A DNA stretch of 64,000 nt from Octopus sinensis (Eukaryota): positions 143,530,001 through 143,594,000 of the forward strand of contig NC_043000.1 of NCBI RefSeq assembly GCF_006345805.1, in the 5' to 3' direction. The translations under genes and the position numbers were made by a program. How positions within the stretch are numbered: position 1 is the first letter of the stretch; the number at the start of each line of letters is the position of its first letter. The notes under the pieces are model-generated. The model searched no databases. It saw only the letters and a list, made by a program, of their open reading frames with translations, and was not told the origin of the DNA. Of the stretch, positions 13,160 to 27,459 are shown piece by piece.

Positions 13160-13573
13160 TTTTCTTTTTTTACTCTTTTTACTTGTTTCAGTCATTTGGC
13201 TGCGGCCATGCTGGAGCACCGCCTTTAGTCGAGCAAATCGACCCCGGGACTTATTCTTTGTAAGTCCAGTACTTATTCTATCGGTCTCTTTTGCCGAACC
13301 GCTAAGTGACGGGGACGTAAACACACCAGCATCGGTTGTCAAGCAATGCTAGGGGAACAAACACAGACACACAAACATATTCACACACCCTTATATATAT
13401 ATACATATATACGACAGCCTTCTTCAGTTTCCATCTACCAAATCCACTCACAAGGCATTGGTCGGCCCGGGGCTATAGCAGAAGACACTTGCCCAAGATG
13501 CCACGCAGTGGGACTGAACCCGGAACCATATGGTTGGTTAGCAAGCTACTTACCAAACAGCCACTCCTGCGCC
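13160..13573 (-). mobile_element. SINE family B, full length
   Basis: Reverse complement of the 7948 and 43880 copies from tail (ttttacttgtttcagtcattt) to head (ccactcctgcgcc). Confidence 0.92.
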
Positions 13574-15164
13574 TATGTTGAAAATAATTTTAAAATGTAG
13601 GGCGTTATTTTAGCGTGAATTGACTGATAATTCGGGTACATTCATGCTGACATAGAAGATCGATCATTTGATCGTAAAGAATTAGATGTATCGATTACAT
13701 GCATTTTTAGTCTTTACGATTTTGTATCGTTTATGCGTTCGTGAGTGTAATTAGATGTCAGATTTAAACTGTTGTGACTGAGAAAGTAACACAAAAACGA
13801 AAGAGTAGTTGGTTTTAGCAAGGACTTATTTTACATTTTCGCTAATTTCGTCTTTGCTAGTGATTTCGTGACACTCTGAAAGAAATTTTCTTTTTTTATC
13901 ATTAGCTATAAAACAAATGACTGTATTATCCATGCATACTATTGATACTTACATGTTTATTAATCTTACTTTATATATTTACGTCTAAAGATAATTAGCT
14001 CATCGGATGCTTGGACGAACTTATGACAGCGTATATAAGTATATAAAATGAATTGTGAGTGTGTCTTTTCATATACACAATAATATTTGTGCACGAAGTT
14101 ATATGACTGCAGTCAAATCGTTTTTAGACCACACGCTTTAAAAACGATGTAAATATTGAATAAATCGTGGATACACAGTATCTCAAAAGCAAAAAAAAAA
14201 ACGCATTAAAATCTGTGTTTGAGCAAATATTGTCGCATATCTCTTCACGATTCATTGGGGTTGTCAAACAAAAGGATATATAAATCTATCCAAAGAAAAA
14301 TACATGAGTATTACTCATCGGTTGTAATATTTTGATCGCTATGACAAGTACTAATAAGTAGATATTATTAAACCAGCGAATTAATTAAAGTAGAAACACT
14401 GTATAAAATACATTAGAAGGTGATATATATTGTTTTTTACCCGCACTATTTCAATTTCATTTACTCTATGTCAATAAAGTAATCGCTAGTAAGTCACCAT
14501 AACTGACTCAACCGCCTATTCTTTCTCTCCAACAGACTGGTGACCTTCTGACATTGGTAAAAATAATCATTCGCATTATTATGATAATCATCACGAAATA
14601 CACCAGCTCTCCCTTCAGCGTCCCCACATAAGCATCACGATTAACAGCAAACAACTAAATCCGCATTAACATCATCGTAAAAGATTTTAAACATCAACAC
14701 CACCAACACAATAAATTTCAAGCAGTTATTTTCAATATTATTATTATTATTGTTATTCATGGTAATATTTATAGTCGTTGCCGGTGTAGTCGTAGTAGCA
14801 GCAGCAGTCATTAAAAATTGCATTTCTTTAATCATGGGTAATTTTATATTCTTTATTATCGTGTACATTAAATTCTATTCTCAAACCAATTTAGTTTGAT
14901 GTTTACATAAAATACGGACGTTAATGAATAGAAATAAATAAATAAATAATTAAATACATAAACAAATAAATGAATAAATAAATAAATGAAAGTCATACCA
15001 GGAAAGACAAAAGCAAAAAATTGTTACAAAATGAGGTTTTGTTTTCTTTTTGTGGTTAGCAATATCTTTGCTCTTTTACTTCATGTATATATATATACAC
15101 ACATATATGCATATGTTTATGCACACTCACATATATTTTTCACACAAATATATATATATAATAT

Positions 15165-15215
<51 letters not shown>

Positions 15216-15981
15216 TTATATATATTGGTATGTATGGATATTTATATGTATGTATGTATGTGAGTATGTTTATATATATACATATACATATATATATATA
15301 GGCGTCTGTGCGCCAGTATCGATATATGCGTGTCACTATGTGTGCTACACGTTGTGTATGAATAGTCGTTTTACTCATCTGCATAAAAATCTAATTTTGA
15401 AAGCAATTGATTCGTAATGTTTGAGTATCCAACCCATTTTAGATAATTTACTGCACAATCATGATTAAAATCTTTAATGGCTGCCAGTTGTAAATATACA
15501 ACTCTTTACGTTGTTTGATTGTAAAACCTCATAACGGATTCAAAGTAAATGAGAAATAGTTGCATTTCATTCGGAAAACAATGCTTTATTTAAGAACATC
15601 TAAATATGTATGACTTACTATTGTTACCATTTGCCGTTTCTCGTGGAGAGAACGCTAATAAATATACATACGTAATGACAAAAAAGTTTACTGTGACAAA
15701 ACTAAATATAAGAAACAGGACATAAAATACAAGAAGAATTAAAAGAAGATACGAGATACGAAAAGAAAAAAAAAGGAGAGATAACAACGAGAAAAAAAGA
15801 AAGAAGCGAGAAAAAGTTGGACGAGATGAGAAAAAAGAAGAAAAAAAGAAGCGGAATAAAATAAAAAAAGTAAAGAAATAATATAAAAAGATAAAAAAAC
15901 GTTTACCATTATTGAATCTAATAACGATGATAATGAGAGTAATAATATTACTAATAATACTGAAAATGATACTACTGCTAG

Positions 15982-15982
15982 A

Positions 15983-16019
<37 letters not shown>

Positions 16020-16447
16020 GTGATGATTATGATGATTATGATGATAATGATGATGATGATGATTATGATGATGGTTATGATGATGATGACAATAACAATG
16101 ATAATGTTGATGATGAGGAGGAGGAGGAGGAGGGAGGAGGAAGTGGAGAGGATGTCCTCGATGATCTTGACGATGACGACATAATTCTAAGTAGGAAGGA
16201 GGAAGATTATTAATAGGAAAATAGCCGTGGTGATGATAACGAATACGATGAAGTGATGCTGGTGCTGATGCTGATCACGACGTTGAAAATAATGATGCTG
16301 ATATTGATACGACGACGAAGATGAAGACGACGACGACGACGACAATGACGATGACGACGGCGACGACAAAGATGCTGGTGATATATGATGGTGAAGCGGT
16401 TGCTTACGAGGACGATGAATCGATGATGATGAATCGATGATGATGAA

Positions 16448-16482
<35 letters not shown>

Positions 16483-16508
16483 CGACGACGGTGATGGTGA
16501 TGATGATG

Positions 16509-16558
<50 letters not shown>

Positions 16559-16584
16559 CGGGATGATGATGATGATGATGATCG

Positions 16585-16653
<69 letters not shown>

Positions 16654-16682
16654 CGATGATGATGATGATGATGATGATGATA
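15982..16682. repeat. Long compound (GAT)n/(GAC)n/(GAG)n trinucleotide region
   Basis: Direct inspection; source of the poly-Met and poly-Ser pseudo-ORFs. Confidence 0.95.
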
Positions 16683-17872
16683 ATGTCGACGGTGATGGTG
16701 CTATTATTGTTGCTGATAAGTAAGAAGAGAAAGCAGTTTCGCTATGGTAATGACGCTACATGATGACAAACACAAATTGAACCGCCAAGACAAAAAGAAA
16801 GAATATGCGAATGTTGAATGTAAAAAAAAAAATGTAAAAGCTGAGAAGAGCATGTATGGAAAAAAGAACTGCAACATCACTAACCGAAAGAACATTAATA
16901 ACAAATAGAGAAAACAAACAAGCAAAAAGTGTATCTTCGAATCGAAAATAAGATCCGCAAGAAACCTAACAGTTGATTTCACGACAGAAATAAGTAAGAA
17001 AATTAAAGTGTACAAAGAAAACTGACAAAAAAATAGTTTGTGACTGGTGATTAGATAGCTAAAGTGACAAATTATGCAGATTGCATGCAATTTTATAACT
17101 AATGATGATGAATTTGTATTCGAAATCTGGAATAGTAATTGCGTACAGACAAGTTGCATACAACAAATACAAACGAATAATACGAAACGTATTATTGTAG
17201 TCGTTGTTGTTGTTGTTGTTGTTCCTGTTATCACAATCATGATGATCATGATTATCACCACCTACACCACCATCACCACCAACAACAACGCCATCATCAT
17301 AATCATCATCATCATCATCATCATCATCATTCTCATCGTCATTCATCGGATGATCAACTGAGATGGACGAAAACGTAATTTGAAATATAAGTAGAATTTA
17401 TTGATATTTTTTTTGAAATTTTATTTTACGATCTTGAATAGTTAAAGGTTCCTAAAATTTTTAGCAATAGAATATTTTTGTTTGTTTGTGTGTGTGTGTG
17501 TGTGCGTGTAATTATATGTTACGATTGGTAAACAATAACTTATCTGCTGACAAGTTTACTATGAACCAATAAGTAGTAGATTTCTTTTTGCAAAGCAAAA
17601 TTATCACTAGATAGGCTGATGAAGTAAATGCTAAAGAATTATGAGCAGTGACTTCGTAAAAATACACCTGCCTTTCTATCTTCTTGATATTCTCACGCTG
17701 AGCCAAATAGCATCAAAGAAAAATGCATAAAGAAATTATATTTATGTATATATGTGCTGTACATAATGCATAAATACACACATAAGTACACACACACACG
17801 TATTTTACTGATAACATGTAACGTAGTATCACCTGTCGCATAGTTGGGCCGTCGGCGATTATACTGACAAAT

Positions 17873-18100
17873 GGCGGCGAGTGGCAGAAACGTTAGCACG
17901 CCGGGCGAAATGCTTTGCAGTATTTCGTCTGCCGCTCCGTTCTGAGTTCAAATTCCGCCGAGGTCGACTTTGCCTTTCATCCTTTCGTGGTCGATAAATT
18001 AAGTACCAGTTACGCACTGGGGTCGATATAATCGACTTAATCTGTTTGTCTGTCCTTGTTTGTCCCCTCTGCTTAGCCCTTTGTGGGTATTAAAGAAATA
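17873..18100 (+). mobile_element. SINE family A, full length, perfect 14-bp TSD
   Basis: gattatactgacaa at 17857-17870 and at 18101-18114. Confidence 0.93.
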
Positions 18101-18114
18101 GATTATACTGACAA

Positions 18115-18400
18115 CTCCACAAAGCTTACAAGGTGAGATGTGTATTCTGGACACCTTGGAAGATGAAACAATTCCGTCAAAATGTGGAGGAACTCATACG
18201 AGTCAACGGCCATTCAATAGTGTACACATTGAGAAGGTAAGGTCAATGAGGAAAAGTCCCCGAGCCAGGGTCATGGGGAAATCGTGGGGAATAGCATGGG
18301 GGATGTGAAGTTGGGTGTATTGTTCTTCATTCGACATATGATCATCCAGCGAAACTACATGACACACTATAGGCGGAAGAGCCTTTTCAGCCAATGGTCA
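18115..18400 (+). mobile_element. Possible ancient L2/CR1-group LINE 3' fragment
   Basis: Short translated motifs VFWTPW and TIGGRAFSANG resemble the RT C-terminal tail of L2/CR1-group LINEs; heavily decayed. Confidence 0.35.
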
Positions 18401-18539
18401 AGCTAGTGTCAAACAAGTTTTCAGATAACTAATAGTTGATAGAGCCGTGAGATTCTAGTCTTTACTTTAAAGGACTGTTACTGAATATCTCTCTTTCAGA
18501 GATTTAGAAATAATATTTCTCTTATATATATACATATAT

Positions 18540-18663
18540 GGCGGGCTTCTTTCAGTTTCCCTCCACCACTTTCACTCACAATGCTTTCAGTGAACTGAAG
18601 CTATAGTAGAAGACACCCGTGACCATGTGGTTGCGAAGCAAGCTTCTTACCACACAGCCACAT
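18540..18663 (-). mobile_element. SINE family B 5' fragment
   Basis: gggcttctttcagtttcc...ctatagtagaagacac...agcaagcttcttaccacacagcca. Confidence 0.8.
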
Positions 18664-18928
18664 ATAATTATAATCAACTCATTATTACATACATTTCCTT
18701 GTACAACTTCTTCATAATTTCTTAACTGAGGTGGTTCAAATCTCTCTTCCCCATCCATATATGTGTATCTCTTCCTCTCTCTCTTTATCCCCCCAGTATA
18801 TACATATACACATGCATCACATTTCAACCATTAATGATTGGTGCCCATTCTTTTATGAGTAATAATCTGGATAAAATGGGGTTTTCAAAGATACGTAATG
18901 AACCACCCAACTCCACTTATAGATACCC

Positions 18929-18991
<63 letters not shown>

Positions 18992-19019
18992 GAAGCATAT
19001 ACTCACGTACACACCCATA

Positions 19020-19990
19020 TCATAAAAGAAGGAAAATTAACACATTTTTTATAATGTTGATATATTGATAGAATATTACGATAGTCAACCGGTTTCGCTT
19101 TCTGGATTCTTCACATTGAAATTGGTGAAAATATTGCAAGTTGCTTCCATGAGAGCTTGCGTGGAAATGAATCAGCATGTACAAAAACCTAAGGGCAGCA
19201 ATTGGTGATTATTAAGATTCGAGACAGGAGAGGTAACTGCACTTGTTTTGAGTGGTACACACTTTTAAAGACGTACACTATTTTGGGAGGGTTTGTTATA
19301 CGTTCAAGAGCTAAATATATATGAGTGAATGTGTTTTGTGTGTCTATCTATTTTTTCTTCTATATCCAATAATGTTTGGCGATCTGTAAACATCGGAGAC
19401 ACTGAGTTCACAGTACCTAACCGTCAAGTGATGCTGGGGTTACAAAACCATTATTGGTCGTAAGTATACGGCGCCTTTCATGCGCCTGAATTTGAGTAAA
19501 TGGTAGTAGGCAAACTAATAGAAGAAAATTTGTCTCTGATTAGGGGTTCTATCATTTATGTGCTATGCAGACATTGATGTTAGACAACCTTAGGTTTTCT
19601 TTAGAGCCGAAGAATATTCAAATAAATAACTCTGCGTATTTCTGCATATACGTAATCTTGTGTGCGTTTGCATATGGTATGTTCGTGTATGATACCACGT
19701 GATTCAGGGTTTAGAGTATTTTGCTAGAATCATAAATTCTTTCGTTTAAATTCAAGCAACTTGACCCCTTCTGAAGGGGTTGCATAATTTCAAGGTGAAA
19801 AGATGTAACAGCCTCCAAGTATCACATCTATAAGTGCCCCATAGTGAAACGATGTGAGAACGGAGAAGGTAATTATATACGTTCCTGATTATGCACGCAA
19901 CTAAAGGTCCAATAAACGAATTGTGGGACATGTTATCACGCCTAAATCGTTCAGAGTAACTGCTAGTTCTGCATGTACACTCATCAATGT
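19020..19990 (-). mobile_element. Decayed Penelope-like element
   Basis: Minus translations NIPYANAHKI and RTPNQRQIF resemble Penelope post-RT motifs; a degenerate hammerhead core (TGAAGA..GAAACCGGTT) lies at ~19087-19113. Confidence 0.55.
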
Positions 19991-20162
19991 TGCGTATTAT
20001 ACATATATGGTTACATACATATATAACACATACATTCATGAAACTGCTATTTGTATATATACACATAGAGAAGTGATTACTGAAGTATATATATATATAT
20101 ATACACAAACATATATATGTATATGCATACATACATATATATATATACACATATATATATAT

Positions 20163-20212
<50 letters not shown>

Positions 20213-20243
20213 GTCTATATATATATGTATATATATGTGTATG

Positions 20244-20276
<33 letters not shown>

Positions 20277-21018
20277 GAGGGTGCGTGTGTATGCCTGAGT
20301 GTGTGCTCGCGTGTGACTGCGTCTGTATCTCTGTAGGTGTGAGGACAGATAGATACACGTACACGTAGTGTTAGTATTCATTTCACGTTTACGAAGCCAA
20401 AGGGTTTGTATCCGACGTGAATATATATTAATTGAAAGAAGTTATGGCAAATATAAATAACTAAGGAAAGAGAAAATGGCAGAAGAGACTAGTTGAAAAA
20501 CAATCAGAACATACAATTAAACAAAATATAAATAATATGTTCAGCACATAAAATAAAAGTAGCACAATAATGTTTTTTATATATGGAATACCATATTTGT
20601 TTTTGTTCTCAGTTATCTTTTCATATTCTCTAACCATTTATGTAGTCTTACCGTGTTTTGCTGTATCATGTTTTTGGTTTTTTTTTTTACTTTCCCCCAC
20701 TGAGATATGCAGATGTACTTCTTCGTCTGTTTTATGTATTTAAAAAAAATACATTTATTGCCATATCACAATAGTTGCTAATTTCTTTTCTTACATTTAA
20801 ACATATCTACAAAGACACACATATAATTGATCTAAGATGTATCTCTCTGCGTATACATTTAAGCATGAATGCTCATACCAATGTTCATACGAATGTATTT
20901 ATGGAGGCGTTTGTGAAAATATGTATGCCAATATATGTGTCTATACCTGTATATATGAATATACATACAGCTATATATATATATGAATGTATATATATAT
21001 ACACATGCATACACACAG

Positions 21019-21067
<49 letters not shown>

Positions 21068-22763
21068 TGTATATAGACACACACACGCACACACATATAT
21101 ATATATATACATGTATATAGACACACACACATACACATATATGTACATACAAAAGTATATGAATAATACTGAAGTGCGCGCACACATATATACGCACATA
21201 CATTCACACTTACATACTATTTGCGCATTCACAGACATATATCCGCTTGTTTGTATATTTACAGTTGCGATAACTTTTTTTTCTGCTACGTGTTTTGAAA
21301 CAAATATATAAGAAATATTTTGGAAAATGAAGTTTTACCACAACATTCTTTAACATTTTACATATCTCTAACATTTGGTAACTATTTCCAAATATGAAAC
21401 GATTTCATTGCCAATACGAAAATGTTCATTTCTTTGTTTAAATTATATTGTTCCATTTGTTTTTTTACTTGTTTTGTGGTCACATTTCATAACAACATAT
21501 ATCAATTTTTATATAAACTTTGAATGTGTTCTGGTATGAATAAGTTGTAGTCGTCTAACAATATCTTCTATTGAAATGTTTTCCTTTCACTTTTAATTCT
21601 CATATTCTAGAATATCTTTCTGTCATATTACGGTCGTTTAATCTCATGCAATAAGAGATCAATAATATCTATGACCAAAGGGATTCCTGTAGTTATTAAC
21701 CTGTATCCCGGGATATAAGAAACAGATGAATCATTTCATCGAATTGTGCTCCTCCATTTGAACGAATAGAAATAAAACATATTTGCGATTTGACAGCTTT
21801 TTCCTTGCTGTTTTTGTCAAATCCAATGACAATATGGAAGGTCCTATCTTGCTAAACATAATTTCTCATCAATAGCATATTTTAGTTTGTCAGGATCTGA
21901 TTCTCTTTATTTGTCGGCATAATTTTTACACTTAAAATTTTTCTCTTCCCTAAGTTATACTACAACATTTGTGGCTGTTGTAGATGCCACAAATGTTGTT
22001 TAACATGTCATATGTTTTTAAAAGATGAGCGAAAGGATAATCAGAACATCCTAACTGTGTTTGTGTAACATTTTCTATGACTATTCCTCATTGTAAGGTG
22101 GTCATTTATTAGAATCATTAAACCTTAGGACTATGGTAAAACTGATGCAATTATGTTTGCTTTTTATGTCTACTTTGACTCAGGAGTAGATTCAATTTAC
22201 TTTAAGTGAATGTCTAATGCGATCACATGAAACATGAGAGAACACCTAAAATTATTATTGCTGAGAAGCTGACATAAATGTTGAATAAAGGATCTAATTC
22301 GATCTAATAAATTTACACAGAGAGATGTGCTGGGAATCTCCAACCAAACTTCAGTGTATTCCCCATCTACCAGTGCACCGAGACAATTTCTGTACAAGAA
22401 AGGTTCAGTAAAGAATAGTATAGTGTTAATGAATATATATATATATATATATATATATTTCCTTATTTCTTCAAATTTTCTTCCATTTCTCGCCGAGTGT
22501 CGAGTGTTTGCCGTACACCTAGGGCAGAGAAACTCATTGTATGCATTCCCAGATTACACGCAAAATTCACAGGTAACATATGTATTTAAAAAAAAAAATA
22601 AATAAATTCATGAATGGATGTCGTTTTCACAACGATAATACTCTTCTCAGTAACTGAGTCGTTCAAGGTAACACGATTTTTTGCACTCCCTGTAGGGATG
22701 GTAACCCTGGTGTCATTTTCAAATAGGTTTCAGTACCATTTTTTATCATTCCTATGGTAAGCC

Positions 22764-22807
<44 letters not shown>

Positions 22808-22808
22808 T

Positions 22809-22866
<58 letters not shown>
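22764..22866. repeat. (TTA)n followed by (GTA)n microsatellite
   Basis: Direct inspection. Confidence 0.95.
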
Positions 22867-23927
22867 AACTTCAATTGTTATAATCGCAATAATGATTTGT
22901 ATTAAACTATCAATAATGAAATGGATAATACAGTTGAAGTGTATACAAATATTGGTATTTGGATATTAAAACCATGCGTATTTATCGTCAAATAAACCTG
23001 CTACTATAATCTATTTTCAGATACTGGCCATGTTACGAAATTAAGAATTGACAAATAGTTCCATTTATTTATGCTAGAATATATTTCAGTATATAATTTA
23101 TGAATATTCTGATATATATAAGATTACAAATTTTTACTTTTAGATATTTCCTTCGTACGGAAACGTTTCGAGTAATTCTTTCGCTCATTGGGAGAATATA
23201 TGTTATATAAGTATTATATACATATAAATAGGCACGCACACATGCACACCATCGCGGACACACACATATGTGTGTGTGTAGATATGTTAGAAGATCACAA
23301 ATAGAAGGCTGGTAAAAATATAGGGCGGTGGGACAACGTGATTTGGTTCTAAAGGTAGACAAAACTTTGAAAGATGTTGGAAAAAATGTGAACACGAAAA
23401 ACATTTAAGATTGAAAGTTGTGCACAGTGTATCCTACGTCTTATAAAGGAAAAGAATAAAGCTGTCGATTAACAATTTTTGTGAACCCTGTATCAAAGTA
23501 GAATAACAAGCAAGAGAAAAGAAAAAAAATCGATAACTGTTATGTATAGATGTACTTATCCCGATTATAGTATTTCAAATTGTTAAATCTCCTTTGCTCT
23601 CAGCTAAAATGCACACAAATGACCTTTTGGTTAAGATGACATTATAGTTTTCTCAAATTACGACAAATTATTCGAGTTTCCGTAAGGGAGAAAGAATGGA
23701 ACGTATCCTGAATTCAGTGATCCTACTTTACAAGCTCGAAACCCCGTTCCACCAAGTAGCCGTAACGCGAGATGTAAGTGTATTCATTTACGGTTAAAGT
23801 CGAAAAACTGCAATAAAGTATAGCAAGTTCCGTGTTGGAAATAAGCTAGAATGGAAACGAAAGACCTTATTAAATTCTAATATTTTACAAAAGAAAGTTA
23901 ACGCATGTATTTAGGTTCGCAAGAAAT

Positions 23928-23981
<54 letters not shown>

Positions 23982-26282
23982 AGGGAGCGGAAGATAATCT
24001 CGATGATCATGCAGTTTTCTTTTTCTAATTTCAAATAAACTAGATTCACATTTTATGTGTGGAATTTCCCAAGATTCAATCGATGTAATATTTGGACAAA
24101 CGTGAACGCACTCTGTTACGTTGATGAGTATATTATCGCCACAGAAATGAGAGGGAGCAATGAGTGTGTTGCGATGTATTTGTAAATAATTGCACGAACA
24201 CTCTCTATCAGCTTGTTTCGTATCACATTAGCGGCAAATATCATTTGAAACAGAACATCTCGGTTTTTATACAATAATTTGCATAATATAGCAAAGAATT
24301 TTACCTTTCATTATCTTTCGACGGCACAGATAAGAAACGAATAATTTGTAATTGAAGAGAAGCCTTTTCAAAATTCTTATTTTATGAAAAAAGAAACATC
24401 AGACCTCATTTATTAACTTTATATAATTACAAGCTGTATATCCATTCTGTATGAGAAGTTGCTAGCTTGCACACATGGGATTCATATAAATACTTGCTTT
24501 TACATGTATTACAAACTGTGTTAAAAAGTATATAAGATTATTAATTGCTAAATCACAAACCTAAGACATCTCCAGCCCCAGGAATTATCGCTACGATAAA
24601 GGAAATAACGCTGTCGGGTGGTGTTAATAATATTTATCCTTCTTGAATTTGTTTATTGATAATATTATACAGTAACAATTAATAAGGAAGTTTAAGCAAA
24701 AAATGATGTAGTTAACACGTAAGTATTTATGATATTTTCTACATAACATAACATGAACGTTGTAGGACATAGACTGAAACGAGAATTTAAAATGAAACAA
24801 AATAAAAGGATTGTGTTGAAGGAATTTAGAAGATTGCTTAATAATCAAATTAAAATTTCGGAGCCAAACATGTAAACAAAAGATCACTAAAAACTAACCT
24901 CATAGGCAACACAGGCATAATCAGCACTAAGTATTAGAACAAATACCATTTTCCAAAACTTGTGCGTTATCAAATACAACTAAATTTGTTCATTCGCCAA
25001 ACTTCTACACGTATTTCTGTAGACATCAGCAATCGATGCCTTCCATGTTTAGTTGTAAATTTGGCCAATCAAAGACGCATGATTGACTACAAACTTTGGC
25101 TACATCCCTCTCAACATAACTTTACGTTCCACTCTTCTTCCATCTACTCAGACATTCACCGTGTTTATCAGTTAGCATTAAAGGTACAACAGAATGGAGA
25201 AACAGCATATTTGTTGCAGGAATGCTTCAATTCGTTTCACTATAACAGATTTGTAGAAGTTGGCGAGACTATGGCAAAAAAGAAAGAATCCTATGTAAAT
25301 GTTAAATGCAATTATCTTTACTGCGTATAGTGTGCAGAACAAACTTGAAGCAATGATAATTGAATTACGTCACATTAGGAAACCGTATAAAGCAGTGCCA
25401 ACCAATGCGAAGAACACTTTGCTTTCGTTTACTTCTCTAGGGTATTTAAAAGCTTCTGAAATATCTCTCCTGACCTATTATTTTCTAACTGTTGTTATTT
25501 TGTTTCAATCAGTTCCTCATATATTTTTTATGCTTGTAATGTGAAATTAAGTTTCAAACTACATTCGTCTGGAAATAATACTTTTTCCTTTAATGTATCA
25601 TTTGCGATCTATTATGAGTTCGAAATTAATTTTATACGATTTAATAAAATACTCTATAAAGACGGAGAATGATTCTGGAAATGTAAATCATATATTATTT
25701 AATGGAAAATTAAATTCTTCTTAGAAGGGGGGGGCGGAATAGGAGGAGATAAGTACAAATTAAATTGAAATAACCTTCTGACAATTTGCGTTTGAATGGA
25801 GAAGTATTTATGTACATTTTAAACAGTAAGCCTTAAGAAGAAAGAAAACTTGCTAACTGACGTATGCAAAGACACACGCATTCAAACACACACTCATATA
25901 TACATATATTCATATATAGCTCTTTGTGTTTGTGTGTTGTGTACATATTATTGTCTTTGACACATGCAGACATTTTTATATAAAGACATATGTGATACGC
26001 ATGTATATGTATATATATATATATACTCAAAAATAAGCAACAAGAATAACTTCGGTAATTTGGTAAGATCGTTTCATGCTACAACATTTTATTAAATATT
26101 GTAAGTATTACAACAGTTTTAAATGTTGAGCAATCATCAGCCATTAATAGAGGTTTGCCATTAATACATAATTTTCATATCAATTGATAACATTATAGAG
26201 AAGGTAGATATATACAAACTTCTGGTGCATCTAACTTAAGTACCATATTCATTTGAATCTAAATTTCGCTGTATATATATAT

Positions 26283-26367
<85 letters not shown>

Positions 26368-27328
26368 TTACGAGAGGTAATGGTGTCAGTAAGATCCAAA
26401 GGTGTCAGGTAAGTGCTACGGATAGACCATAGACATCCACGCATATGTACATAAGGATATAATATCATATGGATATGTATATGCATACTTATATACATGA
26501 AATATCGATCTCCTGGAGTGAGTGTGCTCATATCTAATTTTTCGAACCCTCATACGTCATCTGACGACGGGAGAGTTCATCATATATATATATATCTTAG
26601 CAATACTGCTGCTGATAGAGCCCTCAGTCTCTTTACTGAGGTGTATATTTTTGCCTTTCGGTTGAAAAATTGCTAACAAGCCACCCTCCTTTTATTAAAA
26701 AGAAAAATGCCAGCAAGAGAAATAATATTCTTAATAAACATGGAAAAGCACAGGACAAGTTATTACACTTCGAAAACTTCAGGACAGGGTAATACATCTG
26801 GTAAAATATTGCAGCCAAGGATAAAATTGCAAATAGAATATTTAGCTTTTGTTGCAAATATTAGCTTTTATTAAAGCCCAACAATTCTATTACAAGCTAT
26901 TAATTTATTATTTGTTGTTAATTCTATTAAAAATAGAAAAATTACTTCAAAATAAAATTCGTTTTTTAATTGTCAATTAATAATTAGAAATTTGAAAATA
27001 GGTTATAAAAATAATAGTAGTACATAGTTAGTACAATAAAGAGAATAATACAAAAAGTAGTATTATACTACAGTAAAATCTATCTATAACAACAAATTCA
27101 TAGTAAGATTTGCTTGAGTTATTGCCTAATTTATTATCAAGTCTTCACATTTTTTGTTTGACCCAATGCCTGATTTTTACATGAATTTGCCTGCCATATA
27201 TACTATTCTACTTAAATATTTAGGCATATTGGTACTTCTGGCATTCATTTATAAAGTATTCTAGTGTGTCAATATTTTAACAAAATGACGATACCTTTTT
27301 CAATTATAATGTTACTTTGTAAATTAAA

Positions 27329-27374
27329 GACACCTGATGAAGGCTGGTGGGTATATCAGCCGAAACGTTGTGTT
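27329..27374 (+). ncRNA. Minimal type I hammerhead ribozyme candidate in a Penelope-derived fragment
   Basis: gacac-CTGATGA-a-ggctgg(tgggtata)tcagcc-GAAAC-GTT-gtgtt: intact core, 6-bp stem II, palindromic ACGT stem III, stem I gacac/gtgtt. Confidence 0.7.
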
Positions 27375-27459
27375 AACAACACACAAGATGAGGACAAATA
27401 TTCGTCAAATGTAAAGTTCTTTTTGTCTGCCATGATTGCGTTTATACTGAGAACTCTGC

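Noticed and set aside
15912-16622. Poly-Met and poly-Ser ORFs
   Set aside because: Translations of (GAT)n repeats, with no unique coding sequence or convincing splice context.
19752-21311. Long YI/HT/CV-rich ORFs (also at 11314, 14986, 41058, 50494, 56558, 62879)
   Set aside because: Dinucleotide microsatellites lack stop codons; these are not genes.
24962-25330. 122-aa non-repetitive ORF
   Set aside because: Starts at GTG and has no recognisable motif; likely part of an old repeat.
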